Shown here in pieces: positions 46,379 to 56,403 of a DNA stretch of 64,000 bases. This DNA comes from an uncultured bacterium (GTDB taxonomy: Bacteria; Patescibacteriota; Saccharimonadia; Saccharimonadales; Saccharimonadaceae). How positions within the stretch are numbered: the stretch's first letter is position 1; every line of letters begins with the position of its first letter. Location of the stretch: contig CAURNE010000002.1 in NCBI GenBank assembly GCA_963526415.1, forward strand, positions 71,501-135,500, written 5' to 3'. A program made the position numbers and the translations under genes. A model generated the notes under the pieces. The model searched no databases. It was given only the letters and a program-made list of their open reading frames with translations, and was not told the origin of the DNA.

Positions 46379-46436
46379 TTTTCCACAACTATGTGGAAAA
46401 GCAAGCCTTTTAACAGATATCGCCTACTTTTCCACA
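46379..46436. promoter_or_regulatory. Cluster of three DnaA-box-like 9-mers
   Basis: TTTTCCACA 46379-87, TGTGGAAAA 46392-400, TTTTCCACA 46428-36; all fit TTWTNCACA. Confidence 0.55.
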
Positions 46437-46466
46437 ATGCTTGTGTTTAATTGTTGAAAAATCAAA

Positions 46467-46772
46467 TTATCGTGGTAATAATGCATTAACCAACGCCATA
46501 TCATACTTTGTTGTAGACATTAAAATTAGATATGTCACAAACACAACAAGGTTAATTGCAAGTGAAAGAACCAAAACTGCACTTCGAAAATCTTGCGTAA
46601 CTTGGTCTACCACCACTGTTCCGTCTTCTGCAATCATAATTCCGTTGTTCGTTAATAGCGTTTTAGCTTTTGAAATATCTTGCTCTTTTTTTGAAACTTT
46701 CGCAGTTTTTTCTGCAGATTTTTTAGTTGTAGTTTTTTTAACGATTTTTGTTTCTGTTTGTTTTTTTGTCAT
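46467..46772 (-). CDS. Small membrane protein with K/T-rich N-terminus
   Basis: 101 aa, single C-terminal TM helix, AAGGA RBS. Confidence 0.7.
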   Translation of the reverse strand: MTKKQTETKIVKKTTTKKSAEKTAKVSKKEQDISKAKTLLTNNGIMIAEDGTVVVDQVTQDFRSAVLVLSLAINLVVFVTYLILMSTTKYDMALVNALLPR

Positions 46773-47023
46773 TTTATTCCTTTTTTTATTTTATTTGACT
46801 TATTTAATCTTCGTTGTTTTGTATGTTTATATAATAGCATAAGTTTTTTAAAAAGTCAATAGTTTTATGTTAAAATGTTTTAAAATATTTTAAAAACCCT
46901 TGCCAACTTTTTGTTCGCTTGACAATTCCCTTTTTGATTCTATTTTATTTTTTGACATAATTCTAAAATATTGCCAAATAAAAAATAGGCTTTTGTCGCC
47001 TATTTCTATCTGGTTTTTAACTC

Positions 47024-48571
47024 TTAAAGTGCACTTTCACCAAAAAGCTTTTTAATTCGTGCTTCGATCGAGCCCTTATGTCTTCCGAGCTCTTTACTTA
47101 ATTTCGAAATAAGTTTGTTATCGATTTCACCATTTTCGAAAATCGCCTCTTGAAGCTTTGTATCATCGGTAAGCTTCCATGGACGATATGCATTCGGATA
47201 TTGCTGGCGCATTTTTTCTAGCTTTTCTGCCCAAGTTGTCTTTTTTGGTTTTTCTTCAACAATTTCGCCAGCCTCACGCTTTTTCGAAACTTCGACCAGA
47301 TGTATAAAACGCTTTTCAGCCTTCAAGCTTTCTTTTTTAAGATGTGTATCAATTCTTTGTGCCTCCGAGCTAACAATCAAAGCCGTTCGATTTATTCCGA
47401 TTAAATAAAGTTTATCAAGCGAACGAACACGCGAAAGCGCCACATAACCCATTCCTTCAGAAAAAGCTTTTCGAAGATCAATTCGTGCAGCATCGAGTGT
47501 CATTCCCTGACTTTTATGAACAGTAATTGCATAAGCCAATCTGAGCGGGATCTGCATAATACTGGCACGTTTTTTATCGCCGTCGCGTAATTCCCAAGCA
47601 TCTGGAACCATTGTCACAACTCTACCGTTTTGAAATTGAACAATCGGATAGTCTGTAAATTTTTCAAAATCAATAACTTCTCCAATCGAACCATTCACAT
47701 AATATCGATTTTGGGCATTTTTAACCGCCATCACTAAAGCACCTTTTTTAAGTCGCAAAAGCTCTGGAGCAAGAACCGATTTTTGTAAAGTCTCAACGTA
47801 ATTTTTTGCACCAGTTGTAGTTTGAGCGAAATGAAATTCCTTTTCGTCAAGTTCGGCAAGTTTTTGCTCATTGATCGCATCAACATCAATATTCGTAGTG
47901 TGAAGCTCAGTTAAATTTTTCAAAAAATCTTCATTTTCAAATTCTGGCTCAGCATCAATACGGTTAAGCAAACTTTCAGCATGCTTTCGGCGTAAATCAT
48001 CCGCTCGAAGTGCATTTAAAATTTCAGTCAATTCACTATCTTTCTGGCGATAATTCTCCTCAAGATAACAAACCGTAAAATCAGACATTCGCCAAGCTTC
48101 AGAATGAATTGCAAAGCCACCAGTTCGACTACCAGTTCGATTAATTGGCGGCAACTGAAAAAAATCACCACATAAAATCACTTGAATTCCACCAAAAGGC
48201 TTGTCGTTTTGGCGAATTGTGCGACAAATTTCTTCAACCATATCAAGCCGAAAATCATGCAACATCGAAATTTCATCAATCACTAAAATATCAGTATTTT
48301 TAATGATTTCCGCACGAGTTTTAGGGATTTTTTCGAAAAACTTCTTAGAAAGATAATCATAAATTCCAATCCCGCTCCAAGCGTGAATTGTATTTCCGCC
48401 AAGATGAGTTGCTGCTAAACCAGTAGTAGCCGTAACGCTAACCTTTTTTCCAGAATTTTTTGCAAGCTTAATAAACTGGTTGAGCGTGAAAGTTTTTCCA
48501 CTTCCCGCCGCCCCAGTTAAAAAGACGTTCTCGCCGGAAAGCATAATCTCTAAAGCTAGTGCTTGTTTCAT
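47024..48571 (-). CDS. PIF1-family (RecD-like SF1B) DNA helicase
   Basis: NVFLTGAAGSGKT, TATTGLAA, TIHAWSG, IDEISM, FGGIQVILCGDFFQLPP, QIPLRLAYAITVHKSQGMTLD, GYVALSRV. Confidence 0.95.
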   Translation of the reverse strand: MKQALALEIMLSGENVFLTGAAGSGKTFTLNQFIKLAKNSGKKVSVTATTGLAATHLGGNTIHAWSGIGIYDYLSKKFFEKIPKTRAEIIKNTDILVIDEISMLHDFRLDMVEEICRTIRQNDKPFGGIQVILCGDFFQLPPINRTGSRTGGFAIHSEAWRMSDFTVCYLEENYRQKDSELTEILNALRADDLRRKHAESLLNRIDAEPEFENEDFLKNLTELHTTNIDVDAINEQKLAELDEKEFHFAQTTTGAKNYVETLQKSVLAPELLRLKKGALVMAVKNAQNRYYVNGSIGEVIDFEKFTDYPIVQFQNGRVVTMVPDAWELRDGDKKRASIMQIPLRLAYAITVHKSQGMTLDAARIDLRKAFSEGMGYVALSRVRSLDKLYLIGINRTALIVSSEAQRIDTHLKKESLKAEKRFIHLVEVSKKREAGEIVEEKPKKTTWAEKLEKMRQQYPNAYRPWKLTDDTKLQEAIFENGEIDNKLISKLSKELGRHKGSIEARIKKLFGESAL

Positions 48572-48580
48572 TTTCGAAGA

Positions 48581-49606
48581 CTATTCACTCCCGATCATTC
48601 GTGGTGGCTCACCCTCTGGCTCGTCAAGCAATTTTTTGCTTTTAATTTCGTATCGACGACCCGTAATCTCACTCACAATATAATCTTCATTAATTAAATT
48701 TACAAACATATCAAGGTCGTTGCCATCCATGATAATAATCGCACCGTTATCGTCTGTCATAAGTTCAAGTTGCATTTCGTCGGCATATTCCACAACTTTT
48801 TCTTGTGAAATTTCTCCAATTTCATCCATTTTTTGAAGTTTCGTTGCTGCTTTTTTATGATCACGAACTAAGGTTTGCAAATCTAAACCGTCTGGAAAAC
48901 TCAGTTTATATTTTCGTTCAATTTCAAGCACTTTTTGATCAGCTAAAACTTGTTTCTTGTAATCATAGTTGAAGAGTTTTTCGAATTTTCCCTGATTAAA
49001 AATAAAAATATCATTATTAACAATCAGAACCTGATTATCTGGTTGAATTTTCAAGCCAAATTCTGGCTCAAAAGCACCAAATTTACCGTTTCGAAATTCC
49101 CAAGCCGTTGCGCCACGCAAAACTTGACCTTGCATAATTTGTTTGGCAACATAAAATTTCTCTCCTTTTGGAGTTGTAAAACGCGCTAAAATTCCTTTAA
49201 TTCGCTTAAAATCATGCTCGTTTTCATTAAATTCTACAATATCCGTATATTGAGTTTCAATCGTGTTGATCAAAGCATCGGCATGCTGAACTTTTTTTAA
49301 CTCAGTTTTCAAAAGCACATCTTTGCTCGCTCCACCATCCATTTCATAATCACGCACACTTAAACCAGTTCCAGCACCCATATTCACAAAATTAATCATA
49401 TCAAAAATAAATAGAGGCTTAATTTGCGCATTTAATTCACTTGTAAAACTCGTTGTAAAGGGCATAAAATTTTTATTAAACAAGAAAAACTCGACATCAA
49501 GCTCGTTTTTAATTTCATCTGTTAAATTTGCCCATTGAAAAATATCGGTAGGTTCGGTTTTCGAAACTTCATTCGAAATATTTTCAGTCATTTTTTCATT
49601 ATCCAT
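48581..49606 (-). CDS. DUF4868 / KwaB-like domain protein
   Basis: IFIFNQGKFEKLFNY core and C-terminal NEDY..SEITGRRYE match my recollection of DUF4868; not verified by HMM. Confidence 0.6.
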   Translation of the reverse strand: MDNEKMTENISNEVSKTEPTDIFQWANLTDEIKNELDVEFFLFNKNFMPFTTSFTSELNAQIKPLFIFDMINFVNMGAGTGLSVRDYEMDGGASKDVLLKTELKKVQHADALINTIETQYTDIVEFNENEHDFKRIKGILARFTTPKGEKFYVAKQIMQGQVLRGATAWEFRNGKFGAFEPEFGLKIQPDNQVLIVNNDIFIFNQGKFEKLFNYDYKKQVLADQKVLEIERKYKLSFPDGLDLQTLVRDHKKAATKLQKMDEIGEISQEKVVEYADEMQLELMTDDNGAIIIMDGNDLDMFVNLINEDYIVSEITGRRYEIKSKKLLDEPEGEPPRMIGSE

Positions 49607-49689
49607 AGTTATATTTTACCACAAGCTCTTAAAATCTAAAAGAAATCTTTTAATTTGGTTAGTTTTCGAAGCCGTGATATAATTAAAGA

Positions 49690-50916
49690 ATGAAAATTGC
49701 AATTTTAGGGCGTCAGCCAAGTATTGGAATTGCCGAACTCGAAAGTGTTTTTGGTGGCGAAAAAATTCGCGTTCTTGGTGATTACGCCTGCATTATTGAA
49801 ACCGAAAAAATCAATGTGTCGCATTTTGGCTCAATCCTTAAAACTGGACGGGTCGTTTTTGAAGTTAATTCAACTGACTGGCACGATGTTTCAAAAAAAA
49901 TAACTCAAATCTTTGAACGCGATTTTGCGGATTTTAGTGGAAAAATCACGCTAGGAATCTCATCTTATGGTTTAAAAATTCGCGCAAATGAAATTTCGAA
50001 AACCGGCACAATTATTAAGCATAAATTAAAAAATCACGGTGTTTCGATACGAATTATCCCTTCAAAAACAGCAGCGCTTTCAACCGCGATTTCACACAAC
50101 AACAAACTTGGTTTGAGTAAGAAAAAAATCGAAATTTTAGCGGTGCGTGGTGGTAAAAAAACGATTATCGCACTCAGCGAAGGCGCGCAAAATATTACAA
50201 GCTACGCTAAACGCGACCAAAATCGACCAAAACGCGATGCTTTTGTCGGAATGCTACCACCAAAACTAGCTCAAACAATGCTCAATCTTGGCGCGGGCGA
50301 AAATCAGCCACAAATTCAAGCACTTTTTGGTAGGAAAAATTTCGAAATACCAGAAATTCTCGACCCATTTTGCGGAACTGGAACGGTTCTTCAAGAGGCA
50401 CTTTTAAAAGGCTTTGAAGTTAACGGAACAGATTTAAGTGAAAAAATGATAGAATTTTCGAAAGAAAATAGCGAATGGTTTTTACGAGAATTTAAACCAC
50501 ACGGCGAGATTGGTAAAATTTATCAAGCCGATGCCACAGATGAAAAATGGAGTTTTGCTAAAAATCTTTCAACAGTGGTTTGTGAAACTTATCTTGGTCA
50601 GCCATTCTCTGCTCCGCCTTCACCAAAAAAACTGGAGGAAGTTCGCGAAATCTGCAACCGCATAATTTCGAACTTTTTAAAAAATTTAGCCACACAAATT
50701 CCAGATGGAACGCAAATTTGTATCGCTGTTCCCGCTTGGAAAACACAAAATGGCGATTTTTCGCACCTTCCACTTGTTGACTTTTTAAATGAGCTGGGGT
50801 ATAATAGAAGAGAATTTATGCGCGTTAAACCACAAGATCTAATATATTATCGCGAAGATCAAGTTGTGGCGCGTGAATTATTAGTACTAATAAGGAGTAA
50901 AAATGTCACACGTTAA
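49690..50916 (+). CDS. Trm11/TrmG10-like SAM-dependent RNA methyltransferase
   Basis: GMLPPKLAQTMLNL, ILDPFCGTGTVLQEA, G.DL, DAT, ETYLG. Confidence 0.85.
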   Translation: MKIAILGRQPSIGIAELESVFGGEKIRVLGDYACIIETEKINVSHFGSILKTGRVVFEVNSTDWHDVSKKITQIFERDFADFSGKITLGISSYGLKIRANEISKTGTIIKHKLKNHGVSIRIIPSKTAALSTAISHNNKLGLSKKKIEILAVRGGKKTIIALSEGAQNITSYAKRDQNRPKRDAFVGMLPPKLAQTMLNLGAGENQPQIQALFGRKNFEIPEILDPFCGTGTVLQEALLKGFEVNGTDLSEKMIEFSKENSEWFLREFKPHGEIGKIYQADATDEKWSFAKNLSTVVCETYLGQPFSAPPSPKKLEEVREICNRIISNFLKNLATQIPDGTQICIAVPAWKTQNGDFSHLPLVDFLNELGYNRREFMRVKPQDLIYYREDQVVARELLVLIRSKNVTR

Positions 50917-51181
50917 ATCGGGTGGTTCAAGTAAGAACATCCATAATAACGCCGGTCAACGTCTTGGTGTTAAACGATTTGGTGGCCAAAAAGTTAACGA
51001 GGGTGAAGTTCTCGTTCGACAAACTGGTGCAACTAAATTGGCTGGTGAAGGAACTTACATGAGCCGAAATTTCACGATTCACGCCAAACAAGACGGTGTT
51101 GTGAAATTTAAACAAATCCAAAAACGCAAATTTACTGGCAAAACCGAACGACGCACAGTTGTAGAAGTTGTAGCTGCGTAA
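50903..51181 (+). CDS. rpmA: 50S ribosomal protein L27
   Basis: MSHVKSGGSSKN...GQRLGVKRFGGQ.V..GEVLVRQ.G; AAGGAG RBS; terminator 51190-51230. Confidence 0.97.
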   Translation: MSHVKSGGSSKNIHNNAGQRLGVKRFGGQKVNEGEVLVRQTGATKLAGEGTYMSRNFTIHAKQDGVVKFKQIQKRKFTGKTERRTVVEVVAA

Positions 51182-51245
51182 TTGTAATAAAAAAATGAGC
51201 TTTTCGAACGATCGGCTCATTTTTTTATTTTATTGATTCGACGAA

Positions 51246-51635
51246 TTAATGTTCTTCCTTCATTCCTAAATGTTCGCGAATTTTATCAATCACCCCCGAA
51301 ATTACCACTTGCGACTTCACAAGATAATCATCAACACCAAGCCCCTCTGCGCGCTTTTGATCGCTCTCTTGGCTTAAAGCTGTAAGCATAATTATCCGCA
51401 TATTCATCGTCTCTGGTGTGTTTCGCAACATATCCAAAACATCAAAGCCTGAAATCTTTGGCATCATCGCATCAAGCAAAATCAAATCTAGTCGAATTTT
51501 TAACGCCACCGTCAAAGCCTGCTCGCCATCATGCACTTCAAAAACCTCATAATCTTCCATTTCTAATCAAGCACGATAAACACTAGCCAGAACCTGGTCA
51601 TTCTCGACCAATAGAATTTTCTTTTTTATCTCCAT
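51246..51635 (-). pseudogene. Single-domain response regulator with in-frame TGA at codon 23 (51567-51569)
   Basis: MEIKKKILLVENDQVLASVYRA*LEMEDYEV...DAMMPKISGFD...YLVKSQ; frame continuous across the stop; paralog of 29228. Confidence 0.8.
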
Positions 51636-51643
51636 TTTCTCGC

Positions 51644-52825
51644 CTACTTCAAAACTTCTATTGCTTTATTTTTCTGAATATCATTCAACAAATAGCTCTG
51701 CCCCTCTGGATTTTTAATCTCAATATCCGGTGAAATTCCATTATTCGAGATATTTTTACCACTTGGCGTGAACCATTTCGCAATCGTAACCTTTAATAAA
51801 GCACCATCAGGCATATCGATCGTTGTTTGAACACTTCCCTTGCCATAAGATTTTTCACCCACAATTTGCGCAGCCTTATGTTCTTTAAGTGCTCCAGCAA
51901 CAATTTCACTCGCACTCGCTGAAGAATTATCGAGTAAAATCACTGTTTTAATTCCTTTTAATGGGTTTTCGCCAGTTGCTCGAATTTCCTCAACAGTTTT
52001 CGAACTAGTTTTTTCGCTTACAATTAGCGCATTTTTCTCCAGCCATAAACTCGCAACGGTTTTTGCGGCCTGAACATATCCACCACCATTTCCACGCAAA
52101 TCCAAAATAACTTTCGAAATTCCTTCATTTTTAATTTCTTCGGCATACTTTTTAGCCAAAGCACCAGTTTCACTATCAAATCGATAAATCGAGAGCGTCG
52201 CAATGCCGTTATTTTTTGATAATTCCACACTTGGATTTTCAATTTTCGCACGAGTCACTGAAAAATCTTTCTTTTCTTCACCGCGAATGACCGTAATTTT
52301 AACTGTTGTTCCAGAATCGCCACGAATTTTTTTACTAACTTCGGAGGTACTTTTCTTTAAAACATCTTCATCATTAACTTTTGAAATTACGTCTCCAGCC
52401 AAAATCCCAGCACTTGCAGCAGGATTTTTTGGCAAAACACGCACAACCTTAACAATGTCGCCGTCTTTTGCAAGTTCAATTCCAACACCAGTTCCAACAT
52501 CTCCGCTCAAACTTTTATTAAATTCCTCAGCCTCTTTTGAAGTCATATATTCGGTGTATTTATCGCCAGCAGCTTCAACCAAACCTTTCGAAGCACCTTC
52601 AATAATCTTCTGTTTATCGATTTCTCCGTCGTAATTTGAAACTAATGCTTGATAAGTTTTTTCAACATTCGAAAAATCAATTTTCTCAACCTTTTTTAGA
52701 CCAAAAACTGGCGCAATTAAATTTCTAATATCATCTATTCTTGAACCACCCACAAAACCCAAAATCAGCGTAAAAGCCGAAATTAAAACTAACGTTGAGT
52801 GATTGACTTTTTTTCCTTTGTCCAT
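51644..52825 (-). CDS. S41 family carboxy-terminal processing protease (CtpA-like)
   Basis: PDZ (GVGIEL..), LDLRGNGGG, SASASEIVAGAL, GEKSYGKGSVQ, GISPDI. Confidence 0.95.
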   Translation of the reverse strand: MDKGKKVNHSTLVLISAFTLILGFVGGSRIDDIRNLIAPVFGLKKVEKIDFSNVEKTYQALVSNYDGEIDKQKIIEGASKGLVEAAGDKYTEYMTSKEAEEFNKSLSGDVGTGVGIELAKDGDIVKVVRVLPKNPAASAGILAGDVISKVNDEDVLKKSTSEVSKKIRGDSGTTVKITVIRGEEKKDFSVTRAKIENPSVELSKNNGIATLSIYRFDSETGALAKKYAEEIKNEGISKVILDLRGNGGGYVQAAKTVASLWLEKNALIVSEKTSSKTVEEIRATGENPLKGIKTVILLDNSSASASEIVAGALKEHKAAQIVGEKSYGKGSVQTTIDMPDGALLKVTIAKWFTPSGKNISNNGISPDIEIKNPEGQSYLLNDIQKNKAIEVLK

Positions 52826-52968
52826 AAAATCCATTATATCATAAAAACACAAGCATAACAAAAAAATAAGTTCCGAAAGATAAGTTTAAGTTAGATATTA
52901 TAATATAAATATATCGTAGAAAAATTTTAAATAAAATAAAAGACCCAATTTTTGGGTCATGGATACTA

Positions 52969-53211
52969 TCAATAGCTTTTATGGGTTATATTTTCTTCCT
53001 CCCATTTTATCGCCTCATCTTGGACTTTAAGGGCAAAAGATTCTCTATACTCTAAATCCATAGTTCTTATTTCATTTCTTGCTTTTTGATAAAAAACTAG
53101 CTGTATATCGGCTGGATAGAGGGCAGTTCCGATTATTCTTATTAACTCCTTGTTATCCTCTATTAATCTTCTATTAGCTTCAGCAATGGTTAAAGCGTTT
53201 CTTTCTGACAT
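52969..53211 (-). CDS. Small hypothetical protein, atypical composition
   Basis: 80 aa with AGGAGG RBS; AGA/ATA-rich codons; no TTCGAA seen. Confidence 0.55.
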   Translation of the reverse strand: MSERNALTIAEANRRLIEDNKELIRIIGTALYPADIQLVFYQKARNEIRTMDLEYRESFALKVQDEAIKWEEENITHKSY

Positions 53212-53354
53212 TTTAAAGCCCCTCCTGTTTCTATAAGTACCTATTCATGAAAAAGATTCATATTATCACGAACAACTATCACATTATAACCTAATTGCTA
53301 AATAATTTCAAGCAAATAATAAAAAGCGAGTCAGCTAAACTGACTCGCTAAGTA

Positions 53355-54545
53355 TTAATCAAAATATACATATGTATCGTAAGTGCTTGCAGGAACCGTC
53401 ATTGTTGAAAATTGTCCCCAGCGCCCGTTAACAAAATAGTTGTATTGCGAAATTGTAACCATATTTCCATTAACAGCTTCAACCCAAACGATATGTCCGT
53501 ATTGGCCACCACTCATTACACCAAACGAACCAACTTTTGGCGTATTTCCAGTTCGAAAACCTGCTCGACGCGCGCTTGCTGGAACATCTTTCGCATTTCC
53601 CCAATATGCAGCACTAATTCCTTTTGTTGCACGTAATTTCCACGCAACATAACTCACACATTGTCGGCATCCATATCCATAGCCATCTGTTCCATTTCCA
53701 TCAGCTCCACCATAACTCACGGCATTCGCGTCAACTGGACAGTTTGCATCATTCCAAGGATATGAACTTGTTCCAGCGATCGCTTGTGGAAGAGCACCGC
53801 CACCAGCAGCTCGAGCAGCTCTCAAAATTTGTGCTTGAATTGCTTCTTGTTGTTGTTTTTGAAGTTCTGCCTTTTGAGCATTTCGCTCTTTTGCGTATTT
53901 TGTATATTCAGCTTCATCATTCTTTGTTTGAGTGATTAATTCATTTTGCTGACGAATTTTTTCCTGCAATGCAGATTCTGCTTGTTGCTGATTTGCTAAT
54001 GCAACCTTAACTTCATCTCGTTGTTTTTCAAGATCAGCTTTTGCACGCTTAATTCCATCAACCTTTTCAACTAGTTGATTTTTGACCGCACTTTGATATT
54101 CAAAATTATCAAGAGCTTTCGAAAGATTACTACTTCCCGCAATTCGCTCAATTGGCGTGATATCATCTTCAAGCGACATTGTAGCTAAAATCGAACCAAG
54201 AGCATCTCGATTTCGCTCAATATTTTCTTCATTCGTTTTAATTTCGAGCTGAAGTTTTTCAAATTGCTTTCGATAAATCGCGATCTGCGACTGAATCGTA
54301 GCTTTTTCTTTTTCGATTCCGTTTAATTCATTTTGAAGTGTTTGAGCCTTATTTCGAAGATCGCCCGCCCGAGATTCTGCATCACCAATCTGAGATTGAA
54401 GCGCCTTAATCTCTTTATCAAGCTGGTCAATACTCTTTTCTGCCTGAGCGCCACCTTTTGGAATTGTCGCAACAACGCCAGCAGCCACAACACCAAGAGA
54501 AATCGCGCTATTAATAATTAAATTCTTCTTTTTAATCTTTTTCAT
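53355..54545 (-). CDS. PcsB/CwlO-like coiled-coil peptidoglycan hydrolase with CHAP domain
   Basis: Signal peptide, long coiled coil, RQCVSYVAW...WGNAK...GQYGHIVWVEAV (CHAP Cys/His); downstream of ftsEX. Confidence 0.92.
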   Translation of the reverse strand: MKKIKKKNLIINSAISLGVVAAGVVATIPKGGAQAEKSIDQLDKEIKALQSQIGDAESRAGDLRNKAQTLQNELNGIEKEKATIQSQIAIYRKQFEKLQLEIKTNEENIERNRDALGSILATMSLEDDITPIERIAGSSNLSKALDNFEYQSAVKNQLVEKVDGIKRAKADLEKQRDEVKVALANQQQAESALQEKIRQQNELITQTKNDEAEYTKYAKERNAQKAELQKQQQEAIQAQILRAARAAGGGALPQAIAGTSSYPWNDANCPVDANAVSYGGADGNGTDGYGYGCRQCVSYVAWKLRATKGISAAYWGNAKDVPASARRAGFRTGNTPKVGSFGVMSGGQYGHIVWVEAVNGNMVTISQYNYFVNGRWGQFSTMTVPASTYDTYVYFD

Positions 54546-54621
54546 AACTATTTTTCTTTTTGTTTTAAATTTATTACTATTAAAATTATACCACATTATT
54601 TTTTCGAAGACAAGCCCCTTT

Positions 54622-55632
54622 TTATATTTTTAGGTATTTTCTTGTAGCTGTAAATGCTGAAATAATGCCAATTAAAGATCCGATAATAATTAGCCCCAAA
54701 ACAACAAGAATTCCATACATATGTAAGAATGAAATCACTGGTGAGACGATAATCCCATAAGCTTCAAGCTTGGTCTTTGAAAGAAAAATAATCGAATATC
54801 CAATAATTGACGCTAAAATCGCTGCAATCGTTCCGCAAATTACAGCTTCAACCAAAAATGGACCAGCAATAAAACTCTTGTTAGCACCAATCAATTTCAT
54901 CATATAAATCTCTTCTCGACGGTTAAAAATCGCCATTCGAATTGTGTTAAAAATAATTAAACTTGCAATAATTACAAAAATTGAACCAGCAAGAATTCCA
55001 ACCTTCTCAGCAAAATTAATTGTGTTTGAAATATTCTTAATTACCTCATTCCGATCGCTCGCATAGGTTGGTGGATGATCTGGGTCAAGGCTCGATTTTA
55101 TTAGTTTATTATTTTCGACAAGATTTTTAAGCTCGGTTGAATCTGAAATATCAACAAGTTTAATATTAAAAATACCAAAAAATTCATTATTCGATTCAAT
55201 CAAGGCTTTTCGAATATCCGCGTCGGCAGAATTTTTTCGCGCAAATTTATCTCTCGCCTCTTGTGGTGAGGTGTAGGTTATATTTGTCACCGTTTTAAGA
55301 TCACCGATTGACTTTTTCATTTTTTCAATATCAGAATTTGAAACACCTTTTTTCAGATAAATCGACATATCAACTTTATTTTTAATATCATCAACAGTGT
55401 CCATCAAAATTGAGCGCGCAAGAAGCGAGCCAAAAATAATCACCAAAGTAACCGTCATCACCGCTGTTGCAGCAACCGAAAGCCAAGCATTTCGAATAAA
55501 GCTATTCGCACCATATTTAGTAATTCGCCAAAATGTTAGAGTTCTACGACGATGGCGTTTTTGCTGCATAATAACTTTAGAGTTCTGTTTTTTTCGACCT
55601 TGTTGTTGAATTGTTTTTCGCTTTTCTTCCAT
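54622..55632 (-). CDS. ftsX: Cell division permease FtsX
   Basis: RNAWLS.A, IFNTIRMAIF.RREEI..MKLIGA...FI.GPFLVE. Confidence 0.95.
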   Translation of the reverse strand: MEEKRKTIQQQGRKKQNSKVIMQQKRHRRRTLTFWRITKYGANSFIRNAWLSVAATAVMTVTLVIIFGSLLARSILMDTVDDIKNKVDMSIYLKKGVSNSDIEKMKKSIGDLKTVTNITYTSPQEARDKFARKNSADADIRKALIESNNEFFGIFNIKLVDISDSTELKNLVENNKLIKSSLDPDHPPTYASDRNEVIKNISNTINFAEKVGILAGSIFVIIASLIIFNTIRMAIFNRREEIYMMKLIGANKSFIAGPFLVEAVICGTIAAILASIIGYSIIFLSKTKLEAYGIIVSPVISFLHMYGILVVLGLIIIGSLIGIISAFTATRKYLKI

Positions 55633-56318
55633 TACTGTCTATACTCCCCTTGTGATTGATCATGAGTGATTTTTCCACCGTTCAAAGTAATAACGCGACG
55701 TTTAAGTTTATTAACAATTTCAACATTGTGCGTAGTTAAAACAACTGTTGTTCCGTAGTTGTTAATTTTTTCAAGCAGTCGGATAATATCCCAACTGTGC
55801 TTTGGGTCAAGATTACCAGTCGGCTCATCGGCGATAAGAATTTTTGGCTGACGCGCCAAAGCTCGAGCAATAGCCACACGCTGACGCTCACCACCACTCA
55901 ACTGATGCGGAAAATTACCTTCTTTACCTTCCAAACCAACAAGCTTAATCACTTTCGGAACAGTAGCTTTAATTTCGTGATTTGTCATCCCAGCAATTTC
56001 AAGCGCGAAAGCGACATTTTCAAAAACTGTCCGATTCGGCAAAAGCTTAAAATCCTGAAAAATTACACCAATTCGGCGTCGCAAAAGTGGAATATCTTTA
56101 TCTCGTAATTTATCGTAATCAATTCCACCAACAACAATTTTACCGCTGGTTTGTTTTTCTTCGCGAGTAAGCATTTTTAAAAGCGACGACTTTCCGGCAC
56201 CGCTCGTTCCAACCAAAATCACAAATTCTTTTGGCTTAATATGAAGACTAATCCTGTTTATTGCAGGAGTTTTTGAATTCCCATAAACTTTTGTTACACG
56301 ATCTAATAATATCATCAC
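55632..56318 (-). CDS. ftsE: Cell division ATP-binding protein FtsE
   Basis: GTSGAGKS, LRRRIGVIFQDFKLL, LSGGERQRVAIARA, ADEPTGNLDP. Confidence 0.97.
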   Translation of the reverse strand: MMILLDRVTKVYGNSKTPAINRISLHIKPKEFVILVGTSGAGKSSLLKMLTREEKQTSGKIVVGGIDYDKLRDKDIPLLRRRIGVIFQDFKLLPNRTVFENVAFALEIAGMTNHEIKATVPKVIKLVGLEGKEGNFPHQLSGGERQRVAIARALARQPKILIADEPTGNLDPKHSWDIIRLLEKINNYGTTVVLTTHNVEIVNKLKRRVITLNGGKITHDQSQGEYRQ

Positions 56319-56403
56319 TTTTTATTATATCAGCTTTTCGCAAAGTGTTCAAGCTTATTTCGAATTTTAAAAATTCACCCTCAATTTTGAGAGCGAATTT
56401 AAA

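Noticed and set aside
46379..46436. Replication origin
   Set aside because: Only three boxes, no dnaA/dnaN nearby, and gene orientation converges near 37 kb as expected for a terminus
26328..51569. TGA reassigned to an amino acid (genetic code 25 or 4), suggested by two in-frame TGAs
   Set aside because: prfB (RF2) is present at 63822-64000 and several genes end in TGA (10366, 25966, 34857, 36254); the expected residue is Arg, not Gly or Trp
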